The position numbers were made by a program, and so were the translations under genes. 64,000 nt of DNA from Candidatus Xenobia bacterium (GTDB lineage: Bacteria; Vulcanimicrobiota; Xenobia; Xenobiales; QWHO01), in contig BTUM01000035.1 in assembly GCA_045863235.1 (NCBI GenBank), forward strand, positions 12,019 through 76,018. The letters run 5' to 3'. Shown piece by piece: positions 9,521-19,014 of this stretch (position 1 is its first letter; every line of letters begins with the position of its first letter). A model generated the notes under the pieces. The model saw nothing but the letters and a program-made list of their open reading frames with translations, had not been told where the DNA came from and made no database searches.

Positions 9521-11701
9521 TTAGAAATTGTTCGCCCAGGAGAGCGGGGTCAGAGTGAAGTTGGCCGGAGGAAGGGCTGAGAGAGAGCCCAGGTAGGACG
9601 AGTCGAAAGCCAGATTGATCTCGTCGGCTCGCAGGTCGATGGTTCCCTTTCCGTTGGCCCCCGGAGCGCCAGCTGGATCGCCTCCGTAGGCGATCAGGCT
9701 TCCCTCCAAATTGAACTTGCCCCAGTTTCCTGGCAGAGCCGGGCTGCCGAGCCTGGCGATGAAGTCCCCCTGGGCGTAGATTACGCCTTTGAGGTTGACG
9801 TCGCGGTAGCTATATACCCCGCCGTTGTTGTCCAGGGTGGAGAAGACGATGTCACCCTGGGCATACATGTTCACTCCCGATTGCTGACTGGCGGCGAAAT
9901 TGGCACCCAGCCCGGTGATGTTGATGTTGCCTCCCGAGGTGATGGAGCCGCCCTGGCCCTCAATTGCCGAAGTGAGCCGCACGTTCCCCTCGGCCGTCAG
10001 GACCGCCGCGGTGCCTGCGGGCGGAGCGAACTCGATGGAGAGGTCGGCGGCATTGAGCGTGTCGGCGACTCCGGGTGGGTTGAGCACGCCGTTGTTGCCG
10101 CCTCCCCCGGTGGGCGGCGGCCCGGTGTACCAGACGGAGGCGGCAGCGGTCTGGAGATCGATCGGGTTGAAGGTGATCGACTGGTTGCTGTAGTCAAATT
10201 GATAACCGGGGACCGAGGTCGGGTTGGCCATCATCTGGAGCATCATCGCATAGGTAACCGGGGCGTCGATCGGGTCGTTGAAACCGCCGGTATCCCAGTC
10301 GACATCGCTCAAGAGATTGCCGGACATGTCGCTGATATCGATGTCGGCTGACCCGCCCTGGGTGTCGAGCAGCAGCTGTTGCAGCATGGCCGGGTCGGCG
10401 GCGATGGCGGCGGCGATGGCCGCATCGTCTCCACCTGCGGCGGCCTCGGGGTCGCCCGGGGGGGCTTCCTCAGAGCCCAGCCGCGCCACCACGTTGAGCT
10501 CGTTGGTACTGGCGGTTGGCCCAACGTAGATGCTGCCTGTGATGGTCAGCTTCTTGTTGGCGGTGTCGAGCACGACCTCCGGCGGGAGGGGTGGAGGGGT
10601 TACGCCCGGGTTGAGGGCATTGACCGGATCCGAGATCCAGGCCGCATAGTCGGAATAGGACATATCGTAGTAGTGCAAGGTCGCGCCGCCGCCGTTGTCC
10701 CACCAGACATAGGTTCCGGCCGCAAGTTGAGGCCCGGTGGGGTCGGCCTTCTTCACATCGGCCCAGGTGAGCTGGTAGTAAGGGTCGATCAGGTTCTCGG
10801 CCCCCACGACCACGCCCTGGGGCGCCGGAGCGGCCGTGTAGTTGGCCTGCAGGCTGGGGTTGGTGGCCGAGCCGATGCGCACCTCTCCATCCGGAGAAAC
10901 GTAGTTGGGCACGGCCCCGCCGGTCACCTTGGCCTCGCCTTTACTGCGCAGGCGCGGGGTGCTGGACGAGTTGGAGGTTACATTGACGGCCCCGGACCCG
11001 GCTGGCAGCAGGGCCAGGAAGTCCTTGCCGGACATGCTGCCCGACTCCTGGACTTGAGGGCCCATGTCGGGAATCTGGTAGACGGCCTCCACCACTTTGC
11101 TGGCGACGGCGCTCCCCAGGTTGGGATTCAGGTTGCCGGGGTTGAGCTGGTTGCAGGCCGGTCCAGCTCTTCCCTCGACGGCCAGGCTGACGGCCCAGAT
11201 CGGGACACTGAAGGCGGTCGGGCTGCCCGGGCCCACCGAGCTGCCGGGGCCATCGGCCCTGGGAACCGGAGCTGAGGCTCCCCCGAGCAAGTTGTTGATT
11301 GAAACGAACTGGTTCTGGATGGTCAGGGCCGGGTCGTCCAGGCCGTCGGCCCCGGGCGACCCGTCCTGATAGTTGAAGCGCAGCCGAAACTGCGACCAGC
11401 TGCCGTCCGGCGCGCGCACCAGACCCACCACGTTGCCCTGGTCTTCCTGCACGTAGAGGTCGGCGCTGTTGATCGTCACCTGATTTCGATTCCCGCGCCA
11501 GGCGGGGTTCTGGCGGACCTGAGAGAGTGCGTAGCTGATCCCTGACTCGGCTGCTCGCTGGGCCTGGCCCTGATACAGGGTTTGCTGGCCTGCCGCAAGA
11601 TTTCCCGGACCCAGTGCGATGGATGCGGCCACGAACATGACCATTACCACGCTGAGCACGATCACAGTGATCAGCAGGATGCCGCGGCGTTCGCGCAACA
11701 T
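9521..11701 (-). CDS. Large PilX-like minor pilin/adhesin (cassette B), 726 aa
   Basis: Start ATG 11701 with GAGGTG RBS; RRG|ILLITVIVLS, AQRAAESGISYAL; paralogue of 14835-16991. Confidence 0.8.
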   Translation of the reverse strand: MLRERRGILLITVIVLSVVMVMFVAASIALGPGNLAAGQQTLYQGQAQRAAESGISYALSQVRQNPAWRGNRNQVTINSADLYVQEDQGNVVGLVRAPDGSWSQFRLRFNYQDGSPGADGLDDPALTIQNQFVSINNLLGGASAPVPRADGPGSSVGPGSPTAFSVPIWAVSLAVEGRAGPACNQLNPGNLNPNLGSAVASKVVEAVYQIPDMGPQVQESGSMSGKDFLALLPAGSGAVNVTSNSSSTPRLRSKGEAKVTGGAVPNYVSPDGEVRIGSATNPSLQANYTAAPAPQGVVVGAENLIDPYYQLTWADVKKADPTGPQLAAGTYVWWDNGGGATLHYYDMSYSDYAAWISDPVNALNPGVTPPPLPPEVVLDTANKKLTITGSIYVGPTASTNELNVVARLGSEEAPPGDPEAAAGGDDAAIAAAIAADPAMLQQLLLDTQGGSADIDISDMSGNLLSDVDWDTGGFNDPIDAPVTYAMMLQMMANPTSVPGYQFDYSNQSITFNPIDLQTAAASVWYTGPPPTGGGGNNGVLNPPGVADTLNAADLSIEFAPPAGTAAVLTAEGNVRLTSAIEGQGGSITSGGNINITGLGANFAASQQSGVNMYAQGDIVFSTLDNNGGVYSYRDVNLKGVIYAQGDFIARLGSPALPGNWGKFNLEGSLIAYGGDPAGAPGANGKGTIDLRADEINLAFDSSYLGSLSALPPANFTLTPLSWANNF

Positions 11702-11884
11702 TCTCACCTCGCTTCTCGCACCATCTCCCCGAACGATCATAGCACTCCTTTCGCCAATGTCAGGTTCCAGGGGTGAACGAACAATGCGAGGAGAGAGGAA
11801 GGCTGGTGATCCGGTGGTAGCCGGGCGGGCAAAGAAGCTGAGGCAAAGCCAGGGGGATCCCCAGCTCATCGCAAAGCTGCCAGC

Positions 11885-13009
11885 ATGACCACCAGCCACC
11901 CCCCCCTGGCCCGCAGCGCCGGCAGCCTGCGCACCTCCGTCTTCGCCAAGCTGGCCGAGCGGATCAAGGCCTTTGGCTCCGACTTCCTGCCGCTCCACAT
12001 CGGTGACACCTATCGCCTGCCGCCCGAGGCGGCCCGCCTCGAGAAGGTGGACGCTAGCTCGCCCAGCTTCTACAAGTATGCTCACCCCCACGGCCACGGT
12101 GAGCTCCTCGAGGCACTGGGCCACAAGCTCAAGACGCAGAACCGGATACCTGCCGGTACGGACAGTATCCAGGTCGCCAACGGGGCCACTCAAGCCCTGT
12201 CGGCCGCCATCGCCACCGTGCTCGACCCCGAGGACGAAGTGCTGGTGCTCTCCCCTTTCTGGCCTCTCATCACGGGCGTGATGCAAAGCAATCGGGTCAA
12301 ACCGGTGCAGATCCCCTACGGTTTCGACCTCGAGCCCTACCTGACCGAGAAGACCCGGGCGGTTTACTTCGCCAACCCCAACAATCCTGACGGACGCGTG
12401 GCTACCCTTCAAGAGCTGGAGCAACTGGCCGCCCAGGCCAGCAAGCACGACCTCTGGGTCATCGCTGACGAGGTCTACGAAGACTACGTCTTCGACGGTC
12501 GCGAGCACGTCTCCATCGCTTCTCTGTCGGGCATGCACGAGCGCACCCTGACCGCCTACAGTTTCTCCAAGAGCTACGCGCTGGCCGGGGCGCGGGTGGG
12601 TTACGTGGTGGCTCACCCCGAGGTCATGGACCCGCTGCGCCGGGTGGCCAACCACCAGGTCTACAACGTCAGCCAGGCCATGCAGCTCTGTGCCCTGGGA
12701 GCCCTGCAGCACGGCCACGACTGGCTCCGCGAGTCGCAAACTCTCTACGAGCAGGCCCGCAAAGCTTTGCATGCCGGGCTGCAAGGGCGGTGCCCGTTGA
12801 GCCAGGGGGGGGCATACCTCTTTCTCGAGCTGGAGAGCGAGCAGGCCATGTGGAGCCTGCTGGAACGGGCTCTGGAGCGCGGACTGGGACTGGCCCCCGG
12901 CGAGGCTTTCGGACAGGCCCACAAGCACTGCCTGCGCATCTGCTACACGGCCGCTCCGCTGGAGGGCATCGAGAAAGGGGCGCGCATACTCACCGAGCTG
13001 CTCGGATGA
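11885..13009 (+). CDS. PLP-dependent aminotransferase class I/II
   Basis: NPNNPDG, IADEVY, SFSKSYALAGARVG (PLP lysine). Confidence 0.92.
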   Translation: MTTSHPPLARSAGSLRTSVFAKLAERIKAFGSDFLPLHIGDTYRLPPEAARLEKVDASSPSFYKYAHPHGHGELLEALGHKLKTQNRIPAGTDSIQVANGATQALSAAIATVLDPEDEVLVLSPFWPLITGVMQSNRVKPVQIPYGFDLEPYLTEKTRAVYFANPNNPDGRVATLQELEQLAAQASKHDLWVIADEVYEDYVFDGREHVSIASLSGMHERTLTAYSFSKSYALAGARVGYVVAHPEVMDPLRRVANHQVYNVSQAMQLCALGALQHGHDWLRESQTLYEQARKALHAGLQGRCPLSQGGAYLFLELESEQAMWSLLERALERGLGLAPGEAFGQAHKHCLRICYTAAPLEGIEKGARILTELLG

Positions 13010-13578
13010 GAGGGGCGGCCCTGGTGCTGGCCGCCGGGCGCTCGCAGCGCATGGGTCGCAGCAAGGCCCATCTCGAGCTGGGTCAGAGCACCTTTCTGGG
13101 CACCATCTTGCAGCGTTTGCCAACCGATCTCTGGGTGGCCGTGGTGGTGGGGGAGAAGACGCCTCTTCCCGACGGAGTCCGGGGAGTGGTGAACCCGCGC
13201 CCCGAGGACGGCCAGCTTTCCTCCCTGCGTCTCGGCCTGCGGGCGGGGGCGGCCGAGCTTCCGTTCACCCTGGTCGCGCTGGTCGACCAGCCTTCGGTGG
13301 CTGCGCTCACCTACCAGCTCCTGGCGGAGGCAGCCGCTGGCGGGCAGGGAGACCTCTGGGTTCCCGCCCACGGAGGCAAGCGCGGCCATCCGGTGGTGTT
13401 CGGGCGGGCCTGCTATGAGGATCTGCTGCACGGACCTCTTCAGGAGGGGAGCCGCTGGGTGGTCGGCCGCCATCGCTCGCGCCGCGTCGAGGTGGAGGTG
13501 GACGATCCCGAGATCCACCGTGACGTGGATACGCCCGAAGACTACCGGAGGCTGTTGCAGGACACCGGAGGGAGTTGA
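13006..13578 (+). CDS. mocA: Molybdenum cofactor cytidylyltransferase-like nucleotidyltransferase
   Basis: VLAAGRSQRMG, GQLSSL, LVDQP, GHPVVF, DVDTPEDY; ATGA overlap with the aminotransferase. Confidence 0.8.
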   Translation: MRGAALVLAAGRSQRMGRSKAHLELGQSTFLGTILQRLPTDLWVAVVVGEKTPLPDGVRGVVNPRPEDGQLSSLRLGLRAGAAELPFTLVALVDQPSVAALTYQLLAEAAAGGQGDLWVPAHGGKRGHPVVFGRACYEDLLHGPLQEGSRWVVGRHRSRRVEVEVDDPEIHRDVDTPEDYRRLLQDTGGS

Positions 13579-13582
13579 CCGG

Positions 13583-14383
13583 TCAATTGCGCAGGTAGAC
13601 CGAGAACGGGGCCGTCCGAGTAAAGCGGCTAACAAAGCAGGGAGCTGCCCCCACCTGGATCTCCCGGCGCGCCTCCTCGATCGACAGAGCTCGCAGGTCG
13701 ATGAAGATCTCTCTGGGGATGTTGCTGGGCGGGGGGGCGGTGGAGGACTCGAAGCCCAGCAGCCAGGCGGCGCTGATCTCGCGCTCGGTGAGTCCCGGCT
13801 CGGCCATGGCGGCGAGACTGAACCCAAGCGGGCGGGTCAGGTAAGGGGCGACGTTGGCCAACAAGGTTTCCTCAGTGGTCTCGTCCGTGGGAATGGTGGC
13901 GGCTCCCGAGTCGATCACTTTACGGATCAAGACCTTGTGCGGGCAGCGATCATCGTAGCCGTTAGCGGCGGCGCCTCCCAGGCAGCTCATCCCGAAGGTT
14001 GCGTCGTGGTTGTTGGGAACCACCAGATAGTAAAGGATGTTTCGTTGCCAGAAGGGGGAGCCGTCCTGCTTGTGGACCATCTCGCCCGTGGCGGGATCGA
14101 CCGGGGAGAGAAACCAGAGCGCTTCCCCATCCTTGCCGCCCCCACCGAGCGAATCGGGCACCTGAGCCCGTTGCACCTGGCCGGGGCGACCCACGACGAG
14201 GTCTCGCACGATGGCAGCACGAGCTTTGCGCAACTCGCGCATGGCCGTGTCCTGGCTGTTGGTCCTTCGAAAGGTGGCCTGGCTCTCTCGAAACAAGAGG
14301 GCCGTGATCGCCAGGATGGTGGAGAAGATCCCGAAGACCACGATCATCTCCTGCAACGTGTGACCCCCTGGTCTCCTGATCAC
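13583..14383 (-). CDS. PilW-like minor pilin (cassette C)
   Basis: GTG start with GAAGGAG RBS and GTGA overlap; RRPGG|HTLQEMIVVFGIF. Confidence 0.8.
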   Translation of the reverse strand: MIRRPGGHTLQEMIVVFGIFSTILAITALLFRESQATFRRTNSQDTAMRELRKARAAIVRDLVVGRPGQVQRAQVPDSLGGGGKDGEALWFLSPVDPATGEMVHKQDGSPFWQRNILYYLVVPNNHDATFGMSCLGGAAANGYDDRCPHKVLIRKVIDSGAATIPTDETTEETLLANVAPYLTRPLGFSLAAMAEPGLTEREISAAWLLGFESSTAPPPSNIPREIFIDLRALSIEEARREIQVGAAPCFVSRFTRTAPFSVYLRN

Positions 14384-14853
14384 GGGGCTCCTTCGTTCAC
14401 CAGGCGGCTGGCCTGGACTTGCAGGCGTCCGTAACCCTGACGGGAGCTGTTGCTCGAGCGCGAGTTCCACCACCACACCACCACGTCCACCTTCTTCAGC
14501 CGATTGTTGCCTGCCCCGTCTACCGTGTTGGCGTAGATGGCGTATTCGTAGTTCACCGCGCCGATGGTTTCTCCGGTGGGTCCCCGCCAGGGGGCCGGCC
14601 CGGAGGCTGCCCAGAACGAAGCTTTGGTGCCGGCCGGAAGGTCGTTGGCCACCTGGTAGAGGGTCCGGTTCATGATCGACTCGCTCACCTGGGTGGCCGG
14701 CCCGAGCAGAGCAGCCTTCTCACTCGAGCGCAGAGCCGACATGGTGACCCCGATCAGGGTCAGCAAGATCATGACCAGGAGCCCGATGGCCAGCATGACC
14801 TCAGTGAGGGTAAACCCGGGACGAACTCGCCAGATCAGCGGTGGGTGCTCCAC
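14380..14853 (-). CDS. PilV-like minor pilin (cassette C)
   Basis: RPG|FTLTEVMLAIGLL class III signal. Confidence 0.85.
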   Translation of the reverse strand: MEHPPLIWRVRPGFTLTEVMLAIGLLVMILLTLIGVTMSALRSSEKAALLGPATQVSESIMNRTLYQVANDLPAGTKASFWAASGPAPWRGPTGETIGAVNYEYAIYANTVDGAGNNRLKKVDVVVWWWNSRSSNSSRQGYGRLQVQASRLVNEGAP

Positions 14854-16991
14854 GCGATGGTTTTGACCTCGAATCCGGGCGGCAAGATGGAGGAGAGAGC
14901 GCCCACGTAGGAGGTATCCAGGATAAGGTCGACCGCCTCAGCCCGCAGGTCGATCTTGCCTTTGCCGTTCGTCCCCGGAGGTCCGGTCGGATCGCCGCCG
15001 TAGGCAACCAGGGTTCCTTCGAGATCGAAGTTGGCCCACTGCCCCGGCAGGGTCTCGCTGCCAAGCCGGGCGGTGAAGTTCCCTTGAGCATAGACCACGC
15101 CTTTCAGGCTGACCGGCTGGTAGGCGTAGTTGCCCGGGACGGTCTCATCGAGGGTGGAGAAGTAGATGTCGCCGGCTGCGTACATGTTGACGGCCTCGGA
15201 GGAGAAGGTGGCTCCCATTCCAACGATTCGGATGTCGCCATTGCTGGTGATCGAGCCGCCCACGCCCTCCACCGAGCCGGTCAGACGCACGTCTCCTTCG
15301 GAGGTCAGCACCACCGCGCCACCGACGGGAGGATCGAACTCCAGGCTCAGATCGGCGGCCGTCAGGCTATCGGTCACGCCGGGCGGGTCGATTTCTCCGG
15401 CCGGAGGCCCTCCCCCGGAGAAGCCGAACTGGGCTGCGGCGGCAACCTGGTCAAAGGGGATGGGCGCGCACCCCGTGTCCCAGCCCCAGGTCGGCTGGGT
15501 GGTCTGATCAAAAATGTACTTGATGGCATCCTGGTCGCTGGCGCCATTGGTCGAGTTGATCTGAATGTTGGTGGCATCCCAGATGATCTCGATCTTGTCG
15601 GCCCCGGCGCCGCCTGCGTCTTCCGCGTCAATTTCGCCGGATGGGCCCTGATATTGCAGGAGGAACTGGTGCAGGATTCCCCCCTGGGAGATGTCTGAGG
15701 TCAGGGTCACGGCAGCCGAGTCGGCCATAGAACCGCCGCCCGCCTCCGGGTCGCCGGGAGGTGCCTCGGGCGCGCCTCCACGGGGAATGATGCTGAGTTC
15801 GTTAGTGGTGGCGGTGGGGTTGATGTATAGACTACCCGTCAGCTTCATCTTGTGATTGGCCGGGTCGACCGTCACCTCGGGAGGAAGGGGGGGAGGCGAA
15901 ACCCCGGGATTGTTTGCGTTGGCCGGGACCTGGATGAAGTTGACGTAGTCGGTGTAGCTCATGTCGTAGTAGTGGAGGCTGCCGTCCTGCCACCAGACAT
16001 AGGTACCGGCAGCCAGCTTGGGGCCGGCCGGGTCGGCCTTCTTTACGTCGGCCCAGGCCAGCTGGTAGAAGGGATCCACGGCTGCTTCGCCGGCGACGGA
16101 AACCTGGGCGGAATCGTAGAGGGTCCCGGCAGTGAGGGCGCTGTCCACGCTCCGAACCTCGCCGTTGTTGGCCAGGAGATTCTCGCTCGCATTCCCTCCG
16201 CTCACGCCGGCCGTGCCCTTGCTGCGGATGCGGGGCGTCTTGGTGGTATCCTTGGAGGTGACGGTGACCTTCCCGGGGCTGCCGGTGCGGAGTGTGACCG
16301 CAAAGTTGCCGGCTGACATGCTGCCCGACTCTTGCACGGTGGGTTGGAGGTTGGGAACCTGGTAGATGGCTTCTACGACAGTGGCGCTGTTGCTGCCGGT
16401 CAGGGGCGGGTTCGGGTTGGCCGGACTCAGCTGCTGGCAGGCCGGCCCGGCTTTGCCTTCGGCTGCCAGGCTGACCGACATCACGGGAGTCTGGAAGGGT
16501 CGGGCGCTGGCCGCGGTCACCGCGTAGCCGGCCCCATCGGCGCGGGGCACCGGGGCGGCGGCAATGCCCTGGAGGTTGTTCACCGAGACATACTTGTGGT
16601 CGATGAACAGGGTCGCCGGGTCGTCCAGTCCGTCGGCTCCGCCTGCTACCGGGCCATCCTGATAGTTGAAGCGCAGCCGGAACTGAGACCAGGTGCCGTC
16701 CTGTGTGCGGACCAGGCCGACCACGTTGCCGTTGTCCTCCTGCACCCAGAGGTCGGGCAGGTTGATCGTGACGGCGTTCTTGTCTCCCCTCCAGAGCGGG
16801 TCGGCGCGCAGCCGGGTGAGAGCGTAGTTGAGCCCGGACTCGGCCGCTCGCTGGGCGTGGCCCTGATGAAGCACGGCCTGACCGGCCATCAGGTTGCCCG
16901 GACCAAGTGCGATGGCCGCCCCCACGAACATGACCAGCACCACCGACAGAACGACGGCGGTGATCAGGACGATGCCCCGGTTCTTTCTCAC
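14835..16991 (-). CDS. Large PilX-like minor pilin/adhesin (cassette C), 718 aa
   Basis: KNRG|IVLITAVVLS, AQRAAESGLNYAL. Confidence 0.8.
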   Translation of the reverse strand: MRKNRGIVLITAVVLSVVLVMFVGAAIALGPGNLMAGQAVLHQGHAQRAAESGLNYALTRLRADPLWRGDKNAVTINLPDLWVQEDNGNVVGLVRTQDGTWSQFRLRFNYQDGPVAGGADGLDDPATLFIDHKYVSVNNLQGIAAAPVPRADGAGYAVTAASARPFQTPVMSVSLAAEGKAGPACQQLSPANPNPPLTGSNSATVVEAIYQVPNLQPTVQESGSMSAGNFAVTLRTGSPGKVTVTSKDTTKTPRIRSKGTAGVSGGNASENLLANNGEVRSVDSALTAGTLYDSAQVSVAGEAAVDPFYQLAWADVKKADPAGPKLAAGTYVWWQDGSLHYYDMSYTDYVNFIQVPANANNPGVSPPPLPPEVTVDPANHKMKLTGSLYINPTATTNELSIIPRGGAPEAPPGDPEAGGGSMADSAAVTLTSDISQGGILHQFLLQYQGPSGEIDAEDAGGAGADKIEIIWDATNIQINSTNGASDQDAIKYIFDQTTQPTWGWDTGCAPIPFDQVAAAAQFGFSGGGPPAGEIDPPGVTDSLTAADLSLEFDPPVGGAVVLTSEGDVRLTGSVEGVGGSITSNGDIRIVGMGATFSSEAVNMYAAGDIYFSTLDETVPGNYAYQPVSLKGVVYAQGNFTARLGSETLPGQWANFDLEGTLVAYGGDPTGPPGTNGKGKIDLRAEAVDLILDTSYVGALSSILPPGFEVKTIAWSTHR

Positions 16992-17098
16992 GTGCCCCCC
17001 TCGGCATGAAGTTCCCTTGAGATCTTACCGCGGAAATCACCGCATTCAAGCCCGCTTCATTTCAGAGATTTTTCGGCCCCGCCGACGAGCATGGGAGG

Positions 17099-18103
17099 AT
17101 GAAGATTGTGCCCGCCGTCGTCGCTCAATCCTTGCCCGTCCCCGCCCGCGAGTACCGAGGCTCGGTGGAGCAGAGCCACTGGGTGCGCGATGCCGACCTG
17201 GAGACCTACACCCGCACCTGCGCCGGGGTGGGAGCCGCCAGCTTCGCCCTGGCCAGCCACTTGCTGATGCTGGGCGCCGGGGCCTGGGCAGGCTCCAGCG
17301 TGGGCTCGGCTGTCGGAGGACCCATCGGGGCCCTGGTGGGAGGAGTGGCGGGAGCTTACGGAGCCTTCAAGCTGCAGAGCAAGACCCTGATCGGCCGCCA
17401 GCTGGGCGGCCGGGCGGGGGCCGCCCTGGGCGCGCTGGCCGCGCCTTTCGTCAAGTCCGCCGGCATCCCGCTGCGCAGCAACCACGTGCACGAGACGCGC
17501 AACTTCAGCTACGGCGAGATGGTCAAGAAACTGGGCACCACCCAGTCCACCAGCCATCCCCACATCTCCGCCGCCGAGGCCGACGCCTTCATCGCCCAGT
17601 TGCAGCCCGGCGACATCGTGCTCACCAACGATGAAGCGGCGACCGTCTTCTCGGTGCTCTGCGCCGCGGTCGACAGCAAGGCTGACTTCAACCATTCTCT
17701 GCTTTACATCGGCAACGGCAAGACCATCGAGTCGCGTACCGTCACCGCGGGGGTGGCCGAAGGCGACATGAAGAGCGTGCTGATGAAAAAGCACCACGCC
17801 ATCTCGATTCGCCCGCACTATCAGGCCGGTCAGGCTCAGGCGGTGATCGACGCCGCCCGAGCGATGATCGGGGTGCCCTATGACTACAAGTTCCGGATGG
17901 GCAACGAGGCGATGTACTGCTCGGAGATGGTTCAGAAGGCCGTCAAAGCGGGGGCGCCCCAGGTGACCTTCGACCGCTGGAGCGTGATCGGGCGAGAAGT
18001 GATCCTGCCGGGCGACTTCGTGCGCACCGGCCAGGCCGACGTGGTGGCGGAAGCGGGTGTGGATCGCACGCTGTTCGACTCCTACCTGGGCAAGTTTACC
18101 TGA
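17099..18103 (+). CDS. Permuted NlpC/P60 (YiiX/YebB-like) cysteine hydrolase with glycine-zipper N-terminus
   Basis: QPGDIVL, FNHSLLYIGNG (His), GVPYDYKF, MYCSEMV (Cys after His = permuted); GxxxG run at about aa 60-110. Confidence 0.82.
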   Translation: MKIVPAVVAQSLPVPAREYRGSVEQSHWVRDADLETYTRTCAGVGAASFALASHLLMLGAGAWAGSSVGSAVGGPIGALVGGVAGAYGAFKLQSKTLIGRQLGGRAGAALGALAAPFVKSAGIPLRSNHVHETRNFSYGEMVKKLGTTQSTSHPHISAAEADAFIAQLQPGDIVLTNDEAATVFSVLCAAVDSKADFNHSLLYIGNGKTIESRTVTAGVAEGDMKSVLMKKHHAISIRPHYQAGQAQAVIDAARAMIGVPYDYKFRMGNEAMYCSEMVQKAVKAGAPQVTFDRWSVIGREVILPGDFVRTGQADVVAEAGVDRTLFDSYLGKFT

Positions 18104-18231
18104 CCGCCAGGCGCTGCGCTTGCGCGACGACGCCGCAGGCTGGCTTGCGAACGCCAGTTTGTCCCCCGCGGGAACGAACGCTTGCTCGCTTCGAGTTGGG
18201 CGCGCCTGACCGACGTGGACGCTGCTCAGAG

Positions 18232-18346
18232 GTCCCCGAGCTGGAGCCCGGAACGTGCGTTCGTCGTGATCGGGCTCGGAAGCGGATCATGATCCGTCCC
18301 CGAGCTGGAGCCCGGAACGTGCGTTCGTCGTGATCGGGTTCGGAAG
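18232..18346. repeat. Two 51-bp direct repeats joined by a 14-bp palindrome
   Basis: 18232-18282 and 18296-18346 differ at one base; CGGATCATGATCCG at 18283-18296. Confidence 0.9.
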
Positions 18347-18883
18347 TCAGAAGCTCAGGGTCAGAATGTTGCTGACCAGGCTCTCATCGAAGATCAGGGC
18401 CGGTGGCTCCGCAAACGGACCAGTCTCGCGGCCGGGAACCAGGCGGGCCTGAATCTCAAGCTTGCGGGCGGCCAGCACGGTTGCCCGTCCGGGCTCACTC
18501 TCGAGCAGCTCGAGGAGCCCCACCCGGGCTTCCAGAACCTGCCCCGAGGTCAGCGTCAGGGGCCCGTGATCGTGGACCGACTCGATGTCGCACCAGCTCC
18601 TGGTCAGCTCGAAGGATTGCTTCCCGGCCTGGACGCGAAACGCCAGCATCGAGCTCCAGTCCACCTGGCGGCAGAGGCTGGCCGGAATGCGCACGGGGGG
18701 ACCGGAGTTGGTGAGTCGGACCACGAGAACCTGACCGGCCGGAACATTCTTGTCGCAGATCGCGCTCAGGGTCAGGGTGATTGGGCTGCGTGGGGTCGGT
18801 GGCGGTGGGGCGCCCGAGTCCGAGGTCCACCAGCCTGCCAGGGCGATCAGGGCCAGCAAGAACAGAACGTCGGAGCGTCGCAT
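18347..18883 (-). CDS. Hypothetical exported/membrane-anchored protein
   Basis: MRRSDVLFLLALIALAGWW signal-like N-terminus, Pro linker, beta-rich domain. Confidence 0.6.
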   Translation of the reverse strand: MRRSDVLFLLALIALAGWWTSDSGAPPPPTPRSPITLTLSAICDKNVPAGQVLVVRLTNSGPPVRIPASLCRQVDWSSMLAFRVQAGKQSFELTRSWCDIESVHDHGPLTLTSGQVLEARVGLLELLESEPGRATVLAARKLEIQARLVPGRETGPFAEPPALIFDESLVSNILTLSF

Positions 18884-19014
18884 GGCGTGATGGTCGCAGG
18901 CGGGGCCGGGAACTTCCCGAGTCTTCCTTGAGCCGGACCGTGGTCGAGGTGACAGGGCCCCCCGACGCACTCGGCGAACCTGCGAGAACTCTGCTGTGGG
19001 AGGACCATTGCCGC

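Noticed and set aside
11702..13123. N-terminal 474 aa of the 1200-aa ORF
   Set aside because: Antisense shadow of the aminotransferase; the real start with RBS and prepilin signal is at 11701.
8247..16991. Diversity-generating retroelement or invertible shufflon behind pilin variation
   Set aside because: No reverse transcriptase, recombinase, adenine-specific TR/VR pair or flanking inverted repeats seen; cassettes are direct, diverged paralogues.
18232..18346. Mini-CRISPR
   Set aside because: Only two 51-bp repeats, a 13-nt palindromic spacer and no cas genes.
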